Below, one piece after another: positions 34,394-34,869 of a stretch of 34,869 nt of DNA; the first letter of the stretch is position 1; every line of letters starts with the position of its first letter. Made by a program: the position numbers and the translations under genes. Origin of the DNA: a virus (Duplodnaviria; Caudoviricetes); the IMG/VR virus record IMGVR_UViG_3300039208_000119, positions 1-34,869 of that record, one strand, 5' to 3'. The notes below the pieces were generated by a model. It saw only the letters and a program-made list of their open reading frames with translations. It was not told where the DNA came from and made no database searches.

Positions 34394-34422
34394 TTTATAC
34401 TCTCATTTAAATACCATGTCAA
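34394..34422 (-). promoter_or_regulatory. Strong leftward sigma70 promoter
   Basis: TTGACA-17 nt-TATAAA on the - strand, with an AT-rich upstream region. Confidence 0.8.
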
Positions 34423-34446
34423 CCCCTATTTACTAAATAAATAAAC

Positions 34447-34475
34447 TTGCATTTACTTTTATTATGGTGTATAAG
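34447..34475 (+). promoter_or_regulatory. Rightward sigma70 promoter
   Basis: TTGCAT-17 nt-TATAAG, followed by an AAGGAG RBS. Confidence 0.65.
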
Positions 34476-34494
34476 GTATATAAAGGAGTGAGAT

Positions 34495-34605
34495 ATGAAT
34501 GTATATTTAGTAGATGGAACTAGTTTCTTATGTATGTATTGGGATATGAACCAATGGCAGTATGCTTTTAAGCCAGAAGATGTGTGGTTTCTAAGGAGAG
34601 TCTGA
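34495..34605 (+). CDS. 36-aa aromatic-rich peptide
   Basis: AAGGAG RBS; MNVYLVDGTSFLCMYWDMNQWQYAFKPEDVWFLRRV. Confidence 0.5.
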   Translation: MNVYLVDGTSFLCMYWDMNQWQYAFKPEDVWFLRRV

Positions 34606-34806
34606 ATGAAATCAAAACGAATTAAAACAGATACAGCTATAAGGAAGTTTAAGAATAAGACTAACCTTGCCAGAGCATTAGGTGTTTCCAAGCAGGCAGT
34701 GGGCCAATGGGGAGAGTTTCTGCCACCGTTACGTGCATTTGAATATAAGGAATTACTGAAACAGATAAATATTCAGAGTTTAATTAAGAGGGCTAATCAC
34801 TTATGA
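34606..34806 (+). CDS. cro: Cro-like HTH regulator
   Basis: AI..F.....LARALGVSKQAVGQWG...P..RA; AAGGAG RBS. Confidence 0.85.
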   Translation: MKSKRIKTDTAIRKFKNKTNLARALGVSKQAVGQWGEFLPPLRAFEYKELLKQINIQSLIKRANHL

Positions 34807-34869
34807 TTAGCCCAATTTTAATTATGTTTATCTTCTCAGTAATTGTATCACTGATAAGTTCTTTTTTTC

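Noticed and set aside
34387-34422. N-terminal MTWYLNESIKII extension given in the ORF track
   Set aside because: Its TTG start is the -35 box of a near-consensus promoter
34846-34856. TATCA-C-TGATA palindrome as a lambda-like operator
   Set aside because: Short, single copy, AT-rich context and at the contig edge; cannot be supported
1-34869. Stop-codon reassignment
   Set aside because: Core genes are full length in the standard code; TAG and TGA act as normal stops (e.g. coat, scaffold-upstream ORF)

Overview
AT-rich, densely coding window that is most of a tailed dsDNA phage genome with P22-like (podovirus) morphogenesis genes. The host is probably Gram-negative, judged from an embedded Rz/Rz1 spanin pair. 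The first 17 nt match a random-amplification primer, so this is likely a virome contig end. The + strand carries the 3' end of a probable terS, then a ~5.7 kb cassette of about 20 small accessory genes, including a metallophosphoesterase, a HEXXH protein and a GRDP-like protein. It continues with terL (interrupted by an intein), portal, a 5-gene insert (beta-helix, cupin, fibre-like proteins), scaffold, coat, head/tail completion proteins, three ejection proteins, a tail fibre and lysis genes. The - strand carries an early operon with three HNH endonucleases, an SSB-like and an annealing-protein-like gene, and small acidic proteins. A divergent promoter pair and a Cro-like gene close the window. 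No integrase, CI repressor or replication initiator is visible. The main highlight is an 83-nt RNA gene (5413-5495) made only of the tRNA-like domain of tmRNA, with no tag reading frame, followed 4 nt later by a second structured element. Other highlights are a class-3-type (WCT) intein starting with Asp, and an HNH gene that shares a recoded N-terminus with its downstream neighbour. All calls come from reading motifs by eye; no searches were run.
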